A program made the translations under genes and the position numbers. A stretch of 64,000 bases of DNA, taken from positions 32,001-96,000 of the IMG/VR virus record IMGVR_UViG_3300033149_004566; one strand, 5' to 3'. Shown here piece by piece: positions 27,723-37,897 of the stretch. The notes beneath the pieces are model-generated. The model was not told the origin of the DNA. It made no database searches and saw nothing but the letters and a program-made list of their open reading frames with translations. The stretch comes from a virus. Numbering within the stretch: position 1 is the stretch's first letter; every line of letters begins with the position of its first letter.

Positions 27723-28955
27723 GTGATCTCGATGAAACATGATGAGTTGGAATACTACAATGAGCCAAAAATTACGAGTCTGGAGAGAAAAGGTAACAGT
27801 TTGATATTTGAAACCGTTACTCTCACGGATAAGTACGTGCCTACAAACGTTCTTAAAGAAAATTACAACACAATAGAAAATAAAGAAATGAGATGGCGGC
27901 ATTTACCTCCGGAAGAGAATGCGAGTTCTTTTATAGGGGTGGTAAAAAATGCCAGGCTTGAAGAGATCACTGATAAGTCTGGCGATAAAGTGACGGCGTT
28001 GATTACTAAAAATGAAATCTTTGGTAACACGAAGTCGCAAAAAAAAGCACAATCTCTGATAGAAAAATGTTATGAAAACGGCGAGGGCGTTTGTGGTGTA
28101 AGTGCCGGCTTTGTTAAATTATCTGATGATGATGGTAATGTTGTCGGCATGCATATAAGAGAATTGAGTCTTACACCGAGACCTAAATGTAAGGAATGTG
28201 GTGTGTTGACTCCAGAAGGTGTCGTATTAGAGATGACAGATAAGTTAAAAGAACATTATAAACCAGACATTGGCGACTCGCAAAAACCAAAAGGACACAT
28301 GGAAGGCGGACAAAAAACATCTTCTGCCAAGTCCGACGTTGGAAGCGGAGTCAACGAAGAGTCTGGAAAACAGAAAAATAAAAAGAAAAAATTGAAACCA
28401 TCTTCATATGGCATGGAAGACGATGAAAGTCTTCATGGTGCCATAGGGGTGTACGAAAAGATGAACAAGGTTTTAGAAAATAGGAACATTGAACTCGAAG
28501 TTCTTTCCGAAGAGCTGGTAAGTAGGGTTGAATCTTATGAATCAAAAATAAAGCAATTGGAAGATTTATTGGTTCAGTCTACCGCTTATATTGAAGAGCT
28601 TGAGGATAAGAATGAAAAACTTGCTACGATTCCATTACGTATGAGAATTGCGGAACTAAAAGGCTTGGAAGATCCCGAAGAAATTAAAGAAGTTCTTGAA
28701 CGATATGAAGACAGATCATTCGATTATTTAGTCGATATAGTTGAAGAATTGGAAGATTTGAAATCTGAAGGGCAGGACAAGATTATAGCGGAAGAGTACG
28801 AGGAAAAACAACCCGATAAACAGGTAGCAATTGCCATGGAAGAAGAACAGGTCGTACAATTTGAAGATTTGACGGATCCCAATGACATATTAAAACATGC
28901 CGGTTTTTCGGAATATGAAATACAGCAAATTTCACGGGGAGCATCTGTTAGGTGA
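27723..28955 (+). CDS. Prohead protease / scaffolding protein
   Basis: WRH, GVSAGF, ELSLTPRP.C; acidic coiled-coil C-terminal half; upstream of MCP. Confidence 0.85.
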   Translation: MISMKHDELEYYNEPKITSLERKGNSLIFETVTLTDKYVPTNVLKENYNTIENKEMRWRHLPPEENASSFIGVVKNARLEEITDKSGDKVTALITKNEIFGNTKSQKKAQSLIEKCYENGEGVCGVSAGFVKLSDDDGNVVGMHIRELSLTPRPKCKECGVLTPEGVVLEMTDKLKEHYKPDIGDSQKPKGHMEGGQKTSSAKSDVGSGVNEESGKQKNKKKKLKPSSYGMEDDESLHGAIGVYEKMNKVLENRNIELEVLSEELVSRVESYESKIKQLEDLLVQSTAYIEELEDKNEKLATIPLRMRIAELKGLEDPEEIKEVLERYEDRSFDYLVDIVEELEDLKSEGQDKIIAEEYEEKQPDKQVAIAMEEEQVVQFEDLTDPNDILKHAGFSEYEIQQISRGASVR

Positions 28956-28960
28956 TTTAA

Positions 28961-29389
28961 ATGACAAATGTAAATTACATATTGAAACGAGATTTTCCGA
29001 TCACGTTTGAAGCCACCGCAACAGAAGATTTGGGTATGGATAGTACCGGCAAAACATGGCCGGAAGCACCGGATACGACTGTTGGGTTATTGCTTCAATT
29101 TACAGGCGACGATCAGGTGGGATTGTGCGATCCGTCCAGTGGAACGTACTTTGCTGGAGTTAGTGAAATTCCAGTTTATTCCGGGCAAAAAGCCACGGTT
29201 AGAACATCAGGAATCATTTTGGTTGTTGCTGGCGAAACAATAGTCGCGGGACAACACGTGAAAGTTGACGAATCCACGTCTCAACGAGTTGCAGTAGCAG
29301 GCGCAACGGAAGCCACCAAGATTATTGGTAGAGCAATAACTGGCGGAAACGACGGAGACACGATAAAAATCTTATTGAGAGGTTATTAA
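28961..29389 (+). CDS. Capsid decoration/cement protein (DUF2190-like)
   Basis: FAGV...G..ATV.TSG....AG..I.AG..V...IIGRA. Confidence 0.85.
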   Translation: MTNVNYILKRDFPITFEATATEDLGMDSTGKTWPEAPDTTVGLLLQFTGDDQVGLCDPSSGTYFAGVSEIPVYSGQKATVRTSGIILVVAGETIVAGQHVKVDESTSQRVAVAGATEATKIIGRAITGGNDGDTIKILLRGY

Positions 29390-29390
29390 C

Positions 29391-30329
29391 ATGAGTGTTA
29401 CACATTTAGCTAATACAGCATTACATCCGAGAGTTATTCTTGCAATCGCTGTAAAGCGAGCGCAGGGTGCGATGATCAGTACCGATTTCTTACCGGAACG
29501 TCCAGTAAATAATAAGGTATTTGAATATCGCGAGTACGGTCAAACAGATCGTGAAATCGGAACGTTGGCTCCGGAAGTAAATGAAGGCGATACTACACCA
29601 TTGGACAAACTTGGATACGAGATGCGAGTTAAACGAGCAAAGGAAATACGTTTGGGAACTCTAATTACAGAACAAGCACAAAAGTTCTTGTTTAGAGATG
29701 TGGTTAAAGACCACGTAACATATATTACGGATCGAATTGCTCTTAAACAGGAATCTATGGCATTCGACGAATTATTTGAGGTAAGTTCTGTAACCGGTGC
29801 TTTAAAAACGACTAAAGATCTGACAACGTCATGGGACGAAACCGATGCCGAAATCCTTAACGATTTAGCCGATGCTAAGAAACGGTTTAGGGATATTGCT
29901 CACGTCATTCCGGATTCTTTGGTTGTTGGTAGCGATGGTGAGAATGCTTTACTAAAGTCAGTTGAAATGAAATTATGGAGATATTCCGGGCCTTTCACTC
30001 AAACACCGATCATTGAAGGAACGATTGGTCGTCTTAGGGGATTGGACGTGTGGGTTACGGATGCGGTTAAATTAAAAGATAATACAGATCCTACGGCTGG
30101 ATTAATTCCGATTGTTCAGGATCGCGTTTTGGTCACGCGAAGAGGGCCAGATCTGGGTTTTACTGCTATTGCCGAACCTTTTAATTCGCGACGAATTCCC
30201 AAGCCAGGTCGTCGATCCATCATGCTTCAAATGTTTAAGACATTTTTACCGGTGATCATACGACCCAGGCGCATCTACATAATTAACAATATCAGTTCGT
30301 CTTTATCAACTGATACTGCTTTATCGTAA
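29391..30329 (+). CDS. Major capsid protein (HK97 fold)
   Basis: APEVNEG..P, W......IL.DL..AK, PDSLVV; position in head module. Confidence 0.9.
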   Translation: MSVTHLANTALHPRVILAIAVKRAQGAMISTDFLPERPVNNKVFEYREYGQTDREIGTLAPEVNEGDTTPLDKLGYEMRVKRAKEIRLGTLITEQAQKFLFRDVVKDHVTYITDRIALKQESMAFDELFEVSSVTGALKTTKDLTTSWDETDAEILNDLADAKKRFRDIAHVIPDSLVVGSDGENALLKSVEMKLWRYSGPFTQTPIIEGTIGRLRGLDVWVTDAVKLKDNTDPTAGLIPIVQDRVLVTRRGPDLGFTAIAEPFNSRRIPKPGRRSIMLQMFKTFLPVIIRPRRIYIINNISSSLSTDTALS

Positions 30330-30354
30330 AATGCCACCAGGCATTTATTTTTTT
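30329..30354 (+). terminator. Hairpin + T-tract after MCP
   Basis: AAATGCC-ACCA-GGCATTT followed by ATTTTTTT. Confidence 0.6.
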
Positions 30355-30373
30355 ATATTAAGGAGGCTGTTAT

Positions 30374-31552
30374 ATGAAAAGAATACTTTTTTGTTCCGAT
30401 AGTCCACTTGTAAATAGTGGGTTCGGACACCAATTACACGGTATATTGACGGGATTGAAACAATTATATCCCGGAGCATACGATTTACATTGTATCGGAT
30501 GGCAATACGTTGGCAGGCGATTGAATGTTGACGGATATACATTGTGGTCTAGAAGTGCCATGGGGTTTGGTGTTGACGTTACATCCGATTACTTGAATAT
30601 ATTAAAACCGGATATTTTATTTACTTTGGGCGATTTATGGATGATTGAATGGTTGACAAACGTAGATAGAGATTGTCCTTGGGTCGCTTATTATCCGCTT
30701 GATGGCACGCCGTTGCCGAAAAGATGGGTTGAAATAATTAAAAAAATGGATTATCCGGTAGTTTTTTCAAAATTTGCTTTAAATTTATGTAGAAAAGCCG
30801 GATTACGGCCTTATTACATACCGCATCATGTCGATACAAGCGTTTTCTTTCGCTTACCAGATGAGACAAGATCCAAGTTAAAGGAAAAGTACGGCATTCC
30901 GCCGGATAAAAAGGTAATATTGACGGTTGCACGTCCCAATCCGAGAAAAAAATTGCATCTCGCGTGTAGAGCTCTGGACTTGTTGTATAAAAAAAGACAG
31001 GATTGGGTTTGGTATTATCACGGTGATATGGCTCACGATAAGATGTTGAGCAAGGGAACGTTCAAGGACGAATTGGAATATTCTTTATTCTATAAAAATG
31101 GCGCGTTTAAGAGATCTCATTTTAATTATTTCATGGGCGTGTCGGACGCGCATTTGAACGAAATATATAACATGGCTGACGTTTATTTCATGCCAACTGG
31201 CGGCGAAGGATTTGGATTAACAGTTTTAGAGGCTGGAATGACCGGGTTACCATCCGTTTTAACCGATTATACAACGTCAAGAGAGTTAATTGAGGGCAGA
31301 GGAGAATTGATAAATGTTAGATCTTATTCGCCCGATGGAAACTCCGAAGGCGTGTTAAAGGCCAATATAGATATTTACGATGCGGTAGAAAAACTCGACA
31401 CGATGCTGTCGAATGATGATTTGAGAAAAGAATACGGTTATAAATGTCAGGAAGAATTCATCAAGTATGAAAAAATGCTGATAATGCCGATGTGGCACGA
31501 ATTATTTTCAAAAATAAATTACAATTTGGTGGCTCCGGAATGGCAAGAATAA
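30374..31552 (+). CDS. GT-B glycosyltransferase family 4
   Basis: SDSP...SGFG, ARPNPRK, YNMADV...GEGFGL..LEA. Confidence 0.93.
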   Translation: MKRILFCSDSPLVNSGFGHQLHGILTGLKQLYPGAYDLHCIGWQYVGRRLNVDGYTLWSRSAMGFGVDVTSDYLNILKPDILFTLGDLWMIEWLTNVDRDCPWVAYYPLDGTPLPKRWVEIIKKMDYPVVFSKFALNLCRKAGLRPYYIPHHVDTSVFFRLPDETRSKLKEKYGIPPDKKVILTVARPNPRKKLHLACRALDLLYKKRQDWVWYYHGDMAHDKMLSKGTFKDELEYSLFYKNGAFKRSHFNYFMGVSDAHLNEIYNMADVYFMPTGGEGFGLTVLEAGMTGLPSVLTDYTTSRELIEGRGELINVRSYSPDGNSEGVLKANIDIYDAVEKLDTMLSNDDLRKEYGYKCQEEFIKYEKMLIMPMWHELFSKINYNLVAPEWQE

Positions 31553-32649
31553 ATCTGACATATATGGGACAGGTGGACGATCCATCCGGATATGGTAATG
31601 TTGCAAGAAATTACGTGGAAGAGCTTGCAAGAAGAAAAAATATAATTGATTTGAAAGTAATTCCTATCAATTTCATGCCTAGGTTAAAATGGTCTGAAGA
31701 ACATCGGGATTTATTATTTAAAGATGGCGATAAAAAAGATATTGTAATACATCATATGACTCCTGACAATTGGAAAAGTGCGCCGGGAAGAATAAACATA
31801 GGATATGCTGCGTGGGAAACTAATATGATTCCGAGATATTGGTTGCCGCACTGCATGATGATGGACGAAATATGGACACCGAGCGAATATTCCAGGCAAG
31901 CTTTTATTAATTCTGGCATACCTCCAAAAAAAGTGATAGTGATTCCGCACGGGGTTGACGTCGATAAATTTTCTCCAAATGATATTGCCAAGCTTCAGAT
32001 GTTAAACAAGGAAAATTTTAATTTTCTTTCGGTATTTCAATGGAATTGGAGAAAAGGATACGACGTGTTGTTGAAAGCGTATTTTAGAGAATTTGAAGAC
32101 GATAGAGACGTGTCTTTAATATTAAAGACGTACGGATTTAACGAATCGGCAGCGGAAAATAATAGAATACGAAAAGAGATAATGCATATAAAAGACATGA
32201 CGATCGGCAACAAAAAAGGCCCGAAAGTGATTTTTATTCGAGGATTTTTACCAATGCCGGAGTATCTTTATCGTGCATCTGATTGTTTTGTTTTGCCCGC
32301 AAGATCTGAAGCGTGGGGCGTCACGTATTTGGAAGCCATGGGTTGTGGAGTTCCGGTGATTTCCACTAGATATGGTGGACAATTGGAATTTTTAAATGAT
32401 GACAATTCCATGCTTGTCGAAATCGATGGCGAGGTGCCATGCATGAACATGCACGGTTACAAATGGTACGAGCCAACTATGGTTTGGGCCGAACCGAGCG
32501 TGACAGATCTGATGGAAAAAATGAGATACATGCGTGAAAACGTGTGGCAGCGCGAAAAAATCGTTAAAAAAGGCCTTGAAACTGTAGAAAGATGGTCATG
32601 GAGTAATGCCGTGAATAAAATTATAACTAGATTAAAGAAAATAACGTGA
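31540..32649 (+). CDS. GT-B glycosyltransferase family 4
   Basis: SGYG, WET, RKGYD.LL.AY, DCFVLP.RSEAWG...LEAM. Confidence 0.93.
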   Translation: MARINLTYMGQVDDPSGYGNVARNYVEELARRKNIIDLKVIPINFMPRLKWSEEHRDLLFKDGDKKDIVIHHMTPDNWKSAPGRINIGYAAWETNMIPRYWLPHCMMMDEIWTPSEYSRQAFINSGIPPKKVIVIPHGVDVDKFSPNDIAKLQMLNKENFNFLSVFQWNWRKGYDVLLKAYFREFEDDRDVSLILKTYGFNESAAENNRIRKEIMHIKDMTIGNKKGPKVIFIRGFLPMPEYLYRASDCFVLPARSEAWGVTYLEAMGCGVPVISTRYGGQLEFLNDDNSMLVEIDGEVPCMNMHGYKWYEPTMVWAEPSVTDLMEKMRYMRENVWQREKIVKKGLETVERWSWSNAVNKIITRLKKIT

Positions 32650-32654
32650 TATAA

Positions 32655-33134
32655 ATGGAGCGGGCTTTATTATGTACAACTCCTCGTCCTTATACGGGAA
32701 CTTTTGACATAGATACGGGCGAATTTGATCCTCTTTCTGAACACGTTGAATACATTTCATTGCCTTCTTCTGATTTTAAATTTGGATTCTTAAAAGGGCA
32801 TCAAAGTGAGTCAGCGGCGTGTCTTAAAAGACATCCAACATTTATTATGTTTACTACTGATATAAATTTTGGAAACTCGATGAGTCCTGATGAAAAAGTT
32901 TATTATATTTATGGATACCTCTTTAAGTCGTGGCAATTGAATGGATATTGGTATCAATACGACCAGAAACTCTCACCCGATGAGTTTTATGGAACTGTTG
33001 CGGGTGGAAGTTGGAGGAGCAGGATAAAGTCTTGCTTTATAGAAAATGATAATATAAAGATAACCTGGTATAATCCAGGAACTGCAAACAAGTCGAGAGC
33101 ATATTTTAAGGGGTCGTATTTTGTCTGGAGATAA
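32655..33134 (+). CDS. Hypothetical (possibly structural) protein
   Basis: ORF tiling. Confidence 0.6.
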   Translation: MERALLCTTPRPYTGTFDIDTGEFDPLSEHVEYISLPSSDFKFGFLKGHQSESAACLKRHPTFIMFTTDINFGNSMSPDEKVYYIYGYLFKSWQLNGYWYQYDQKLSPDEFYGTVAGGSWRSRIKSCFIENDNIKITWYNPGTANKSRAYFKGSYFVWR

Positions 33135-34296
33135 GTTAAAAGTATTAATGTTGTTGAGAGAAGACGTGGAAATGCCGTCTGGTGGGATGGGAGTCCATGT
33201 TATAAATATTATCAAGTATCTAAAGAATGACTTTGACATTACTATTGGGTGTCTTGCTTGTGACCAAGTAACGTTAGTCAAGAAATGGAACGATTGTAGG
33301 TTATTAAAAATTGGATGCGAAAATACAATTAATAATACCCTTGAAATGCCGCTCACCGAGGAAATAATTGAATATAATATTCTTATGAAAATTTTTAGCA
33401 CGTTTATGAAAGATTGGAAATTTGATATTATCCATATCCATGATAGTCCATTTTGGTTTTGGGTGTCTAATTTACTTGCACCTTATTATAACTCATCGGT
33501 TGTGATGACGGTTCATCTTTCTTATTTTCTCTCGATTACAGCTCCCGATCCTATGAATTACGCGTTTGAGTTTTATTCTTATCATGTACAAAAAGAAGGA
33601 CAAGCAATAAACTATTGTGATAATTTGGTAACCGTGTCAAAAAAATATGCGAATTCTTTGAAGACTTTATTAATTAATGGAAAAAAAATTCACGTCATTC
33701 CAAATGGCGTGAATTATGACGAATTGAATAAGGTCAAATATGATAAAAAATTAAAAGAAATTTTTACCAATGGAAGAAAACTAGCGGTATTCGTGGGGCG
33801 AACGGTTTGGACAAAAGGAATTGATATGATATTAGACATTGTTTCCGAATTTCCTGATTATAATTTTGTCTTTATTTCTAATATTTCGCCAACACTAGAG
33901 CCAATTGTTCCACTTATAGGAAGGATTATAAAATTAATGGATGAGTATGATAACTTGATTTGGCTTAGAGATGTTGATGATGAAATGAAGTTTAAGATAA
34001 TGAAAGTAGCAGACGTGGGACTTATGCCATCAATTCATGAACCATTTGGAATTGTGGCTTTAGAATGGATGGCACTTGGAATTCCATTAATTGTAAGTAA
34101 TTTAGTTCCACCATGTAATGATGATAATTCTATTTTGATTGAACCAAATTCGGAAGCTTTGGCTGCTGCTTTGAGAAAATTTGATCCAGATACATACCCC
34201 AATTACAAACGACATAATGGAAAAATGAATGCACGTAAACATAGTTGGGATGCAACGGCATCTAAACTAAAAGAGGTTTATGTTAAATGCCGATAG
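33121..34296 (+). CDS. GT-B glycosyltransferase family 4
   Basis: GGMGVHV, HIHD, VIPNGV, FVGR...KGID, MPSIHEPFGIVALE. Confidence 0.93.
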   Translation: MSGDKLKVLMLLREDVEMPSGGMGVHVINIIKYLKNDFDITIGCLACDQVTLVKKWNDCRLLKIGCENTINNTLEMPLTEEIIEYNILMKIFSTFMKDWKFDIIHIHDSPFWFWVSNLLAPYYNSSVVMTVHLSYFLSITAPDPMNYAFEFYSYHVQKEGQAINYCDNLVTVSKKYANSLKTLLINGKKIHVIPNGVNYDELNKVKYDKKLKEIFTNGRKLAVFVGRTVWTKGIDMILDIVSEFPDYNFVFISNISPTLEPIVPLIGRIIKLMDEYDNLIWLRDVDDEMKFKIMKVADVGLMPSIHEPFGIVALEWMALGIPLIVSNLVPPCNDDNSILIEPNSEALAAALRKFDPDTYPNYKRHNGKMNARKHSWDATASKLKEVYVKCR

Positions 34297-34442
34297 GTAA
34301 GATAATTTCAGTTAAGAAAGTTAAATGTGTTTGTGGATTTACTACTATGAATGGATGGATAATAGAAGACGATATTATAAAAAAAATGAGATTTTGTAAA
34401 AATTGCGAGGCAGTGGTTGATAATAATGGAGATTATGTGTAA
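34287..34442 (+). CDS. 51-aa zinc-ribbon microprotein (not in ORF track)
   Basis: KCVCG...FCKNC; GAGG SD. Confidence 0.55.
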   Translation: MPIGKIISVKKVKCVCGFTTMNGWIIEDDIIKKMRFCKNCEAVVDNNGDYV

Positions 34443-34799
34443 ATGACAGACGAAGGACTGATTGAACTAACCGAGTCGATTCAAGTAAATGATAGTTTAA
34501 CGTTAACTCACGTGAGTATTTGTAATATCACTATTGAAGAGTCTAGACCGTGGGCTAACAAGTTGGGCTACTTTGACATTTGGCTTGCGTACGGATATTT
34601 ACGTTCAGATGGACACATGGTAGAGCCAGAATATAACGGTTTAAATATAATAATAAGTGAAAAAGACGAATTATCAGAATTCAATGAATTGTATAATAAA
34701 GTTACAACGTTAAAGTCTATAATGCTCGACGTCAAATTAATAATAGGCCAATTTTTAATCGATAAAGGTTATATTGTAGGAAATCTAATAATGGAGTAA
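34443..34799 (+). CDS. Hypothetical protein
   Basis: ORF tiling. Confidence 0.65.
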   Translation: MTDEGLIELTESIQVNDSLTLTHVSICNITIEESRPWANKLGYFDIWLAYGYLRSDGHMVEPEYNGLNIIISEKDELSEFNELYNKVTTLKSIMLDVKLIIGQFLIDKGYIVGNLIME

Positions 34800-34803
34800 T
34801 TTT

Positions 34804-36021
34804 ATGTCAACAGTAACATATTGGGCAGAATGGAGAGATGCTGATGGAAATCTAATAACAGGACTTAGTCCTTCTATTACTATTTATGAACAGGGCAACC
34901 CATCCCCAGTAGTTAATGACTCCATGACAAGATTTGTTACAACGGCAATTGATGGTGTTTTTTATTATTCTTTTACTGGATTTGACGTGACAAAATTATA
35001 TTATGCTGTTTGTGATGCTGGTTTAACATTGGCTGAATGGAATCGGTATAGAATTCCCAATATGATTCATAATCACATATTTACAAAAATCAAGGACGTT
35101 GAAGTTGACACGCAGAGCATAGAAGGAAAAGTTGATACAATTGATACTATTGTTGATACAATAAAATTAAAGACCGATAATTTACCATTAGATCCAGCAA
35201 GTGAAACTAATGTTGATGCTAATGAAGTAAAAATTGATATAATTAATACAAATGTGGGCTTAATTTTACCAGAAACGAATAAAATTCAAAGCATTCTAGA
35301 TGATACGTCAGCAATCGATTCGCGTCTTCCTTCTGATCCGGCTGATCAGAGCCAAGTCGAAGCGGCAATATCGGCGTCAGAAACTAACATAATAACCGAA
35401 GTAAATGAAAACGAGTCAAAAATAGATATAATTGACGCGATTGTCGATGCCATATTGCCCGAGACCAATAAAATACAGGGCGTTCTTGACGATACTTCTG
35501 CCATTGATGCGAGATTACCATCGGATCCGGCAGATCAAAGTCAGGTAGAAGCCGCAATAACTGCATCGGAAAACAACATACGGGGAGCCGATTCGGATAC
35601 TTTAAAGACTTTATCAGACCAATTAGATATTGCACAAGCCGATTTAGACAATCCGGATCAATATAAGGCCGATGTTTCTCTTCTTGCGCTTGAAGCAACG
35701 TCGCAGATAATAAAAGGACATCTTGAAAACGGTACCTATGGTCTGGATGCTTTGAGAATTTTGATAGAGGCGATAGATACATCGGCCGAAACTAAAGCAA
35801 GGTTTGACGAAATTAAAGGTGCCGGATGGACTGATGAAACGTTAAAATCCATTCGTGACGCCATAGCTACTTGTGGTAGCGTGTGGTCTACCGCAGAGAA
35901 GGATCAGGCATTGCAAGACTTGATCGATTTAAAAGGAGATCTCGGAGATGCGTCTGCGGATGGATCAACAGTATATAAAGAGGCGAAACAGGATGGTTTT
36001 CCATCAATTAGAGATGCTTGA
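34804..36021 (+). CDS. Fibre/whisker-like structural protein with Ig-like N-terminus and 63-aa coiled-coil repeats
   Basis: PETNKIQ..LDDTSAID.RLPSDPADQSQVEAAI twice, 189 nt apart (35269, 35458). Confidence 0.7.
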   Translation: MSTVTYWAEWRDADGNLITGLSPSITIYEQGNPSPVVNDSMTRFVTTAIDGVFYYSFTGFDVTKLYYAVCDAGLTLAEWNRYRIPNMIHNHIFTKIKDVEVDTQSIEGKVDTIDTIVDTIKLKTDNLPLDPASETNVDANEVKIDIINTNVGLILPETNKIQSILDDTSAIDSRLPSDPADQSQVEAAISASETNIITEVNENESKIDIIDAIVDAILPETNKIQGVLDDTSAIDARLPSDPADQSQVEAAITASENNIRGADSDTLKTLSDQLDIAQADLDNPDQYKADVSLLALEATSQIIKGHLENGTYGLDALRILIEAIDTSAETKARFDEIKGAGWTDETLKSIRDAIATCGSVWSTAEKDQALQDLIDLKGDLGDASADGSTVYKEAKQDGFPSIRDA

Positions 36022-36827
36022 AAATGGGTAGAGAAGCTGCACAGCGCGGATCTTCAATCAAATTGGTTGCATATATGCGAGATAGTGGAAACGTTTTACA
36101 AGATGCCGATTCATTACCGTTGGTAGAAATAAGAGATCCAACTGGAACGTCAATAGAATCTGGAAATGCAACCAAGGAAGATGTAGGTATTTATTATTAT
36201 AATTATGACGTGGCATTCGATGCTACTTTAGGAACGTGGAACGATTATTGGACTGCGACTATCAATGGCGTTGATGTTAGCACCACGTTATCTTTTGTTG
36301 TCGTAACACCAAATATATCTGGATACACGCCGAAGTGGACATCAAAAGCCAGAGTTGTTAGGTATACGGATCCACAAATAACTGTTTCCGATATAGATGA
36401 TTTTACCATGGAAGAAGCGGAAACGTTAATGGAAGATATGATGTGGGAATATGGATACGATCCAGATGTAGTGTATAACAACATAAATAGTTATAGGGCT
36501 ACTCGAAGGCTAACAATGGCTGCAACATTTTTTGTAATGCATTATTTGAGGATTCAAGGTAAAATATTTTATCATTCTCACGTTGTAGTGCAATCAGATG
36601 TTGGAGGTGGGATGATGCCGCCACGTCCTTTTGAGCGTGGATTGGGCACGTTTCCTCCACAAGAAGAGCCAACTGGCAACTATTTACAAAAAGGTAGAAG
36701 GGAATTGATGAGATTTGCTGAGGCTAACGATCCTAGATTTGATGAAATGTATGTAGAGAATAATATAGATCCAGTAAAAGAAGCATATGGAGAGATATAT
36801 TACCAAGAGACGGATTGGATTGGATGA
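36018..36827 (+). CDS. Ig/BppU-like domain + putative head-tail adaptor
   Basis: DP.GT...G.YYY.Y....GTW..W; helical C-terminal half; position. Confidence 0.55.
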   Translation: MKMGREAAQRGSSIKLVAYMRDSGNVLQDADSLPLVEIRDPTGTSIESGNATKEDVGIYYYNYDVAFDATLGTWNDYWTATINGVDVSTTLSFVVVTPNISGYTPKWTSKARVVRYTDPQITVSDIDDFTMEEAETLMEDMMWEYGYDPDVVYNNINSYRATRRLTMAATFFVMHYLRIQGKIFYHSHVVVQSDVGGGMMPPRPFERGLGTFPPQEEPTGNYLQKGRRELMRFAEANDPRFDEMYVENNIDPVKEAYGEIYYQETDWIG

Positions 36828-37897
36828 CTCTAACACAAACTCAGAGAGAAGACATACTTTCAGCGGTTCCTACATCTTATGTGATAGATGAAGTTACGTT
36901 TGAGCCGTTAATAGAATATTGGAAATATCCTTTGGGTAGGTATAACACTTTTCCCGTGATAAGATTGTATGTCGTGGCTCAAGGAGTTCCGATGTTAGAG
37001 TTTCACGGTTATAAAATTACAGAAGACATATACGGTGCTGTAAACGTCTGTGAATTACAAGTAGATGTAATGGCCAGGGATTATTTAAAAAGTGATGGGT
37101 CAAAAATACATGGATTCATGATTGTAGAAGAAATAACGAGAAAATTAATTGATTATATAAGGCAAAGGTGGGATTATGACATACCGAATATCGCAATAAA
37201 TTCCATAAATGTAATAACGAATCAAAGCGGAATGATGGCGGTTGGTTATGTTCATAGGCGCGCGTTTACGGTATCATTGAGATATTTAATTACTAACGAC
37301 GTGTTAGATGATTTTAAGAGTGAAAAATTGGAAAAAGTCATTCCAATAATAGGAATGCCGGTAGAAGAGGATTTTTCGGGTGCGGTTAACGATACCCTGA
37401 TTTTTTCCACGTTGTCGGGAAGCGGAGGATCCGTAAATTATTATGACGGATACGTTGAATTAAATTCTATATCCAGTGGATCCGTGTCGTATATGTATTG
37501 GGATTATCCCCTACCGTTTGAATACATGGTAGAAATTGACTTGCGAACTCACGATGGCTCGATGGAAGTAAACATTTGGGACGAAGTGCCGTCCGTGAGT
37601 GCAAGTGACAAGAATAATAAAATATTAACGTTTTTTATGAGTAGTGGATCGGAAGCGTATGAAGTTTATGAATATGACACGTTGATGTCATCCGGAACTT
37701 ACGATCCAGGCGAAGAAAATACAGTTAAGATAATTAAATCAACAGAACATTACCAAATATGGTTAAATGAAGAGCATTTAACAATGATTTCTGGAGCCGA
37801 TGCCACGCAAGTGGAATATGTCGGTTTTGGGGATCCATACGACGACGAAATTTACGGAACGTCGAAAGTGTATAATGTAAAATTTTTGGTGAGATAA
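36815..37897 (+). CDS. Putative tail terminator/completion protein with C-terminal beta-sandwich
   Basis: FPVI, LQVDV; directly upstream of the sheath. Confidence 0.55.
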   Translation: MDWMTLTQTQREDILSAVPTSYVIDEVTFEPLIEYWKYPLGRYNTFPVIRLYVVAQGVPMLEFHGYKITEDIYGAVNVCELQVDVMARDYLKSDGSKIHGFMIVEEITRKLIDYIRQRWDYDIPNIAINSINVITNQSGMMAVGYVHRRAFTVSLRYLITNDVLDDFKSEKLEKVIPIIGMPVEEDFSGAVNDTLIFSTLSGSGGSVNYYDGYVELNSISSGSVSYMYWDYPLPFEYMVEIDLRTHDGSMEVNIWDEVPSVSASDKNNKILTFFMSSGSEAYEVYEYDTLMSSGTYDPGEENTVKIIKSTEHYQIWLNEEHLTMISGADATQVEYVGFGDPYDDEIYGTSKVYNVKFLVR

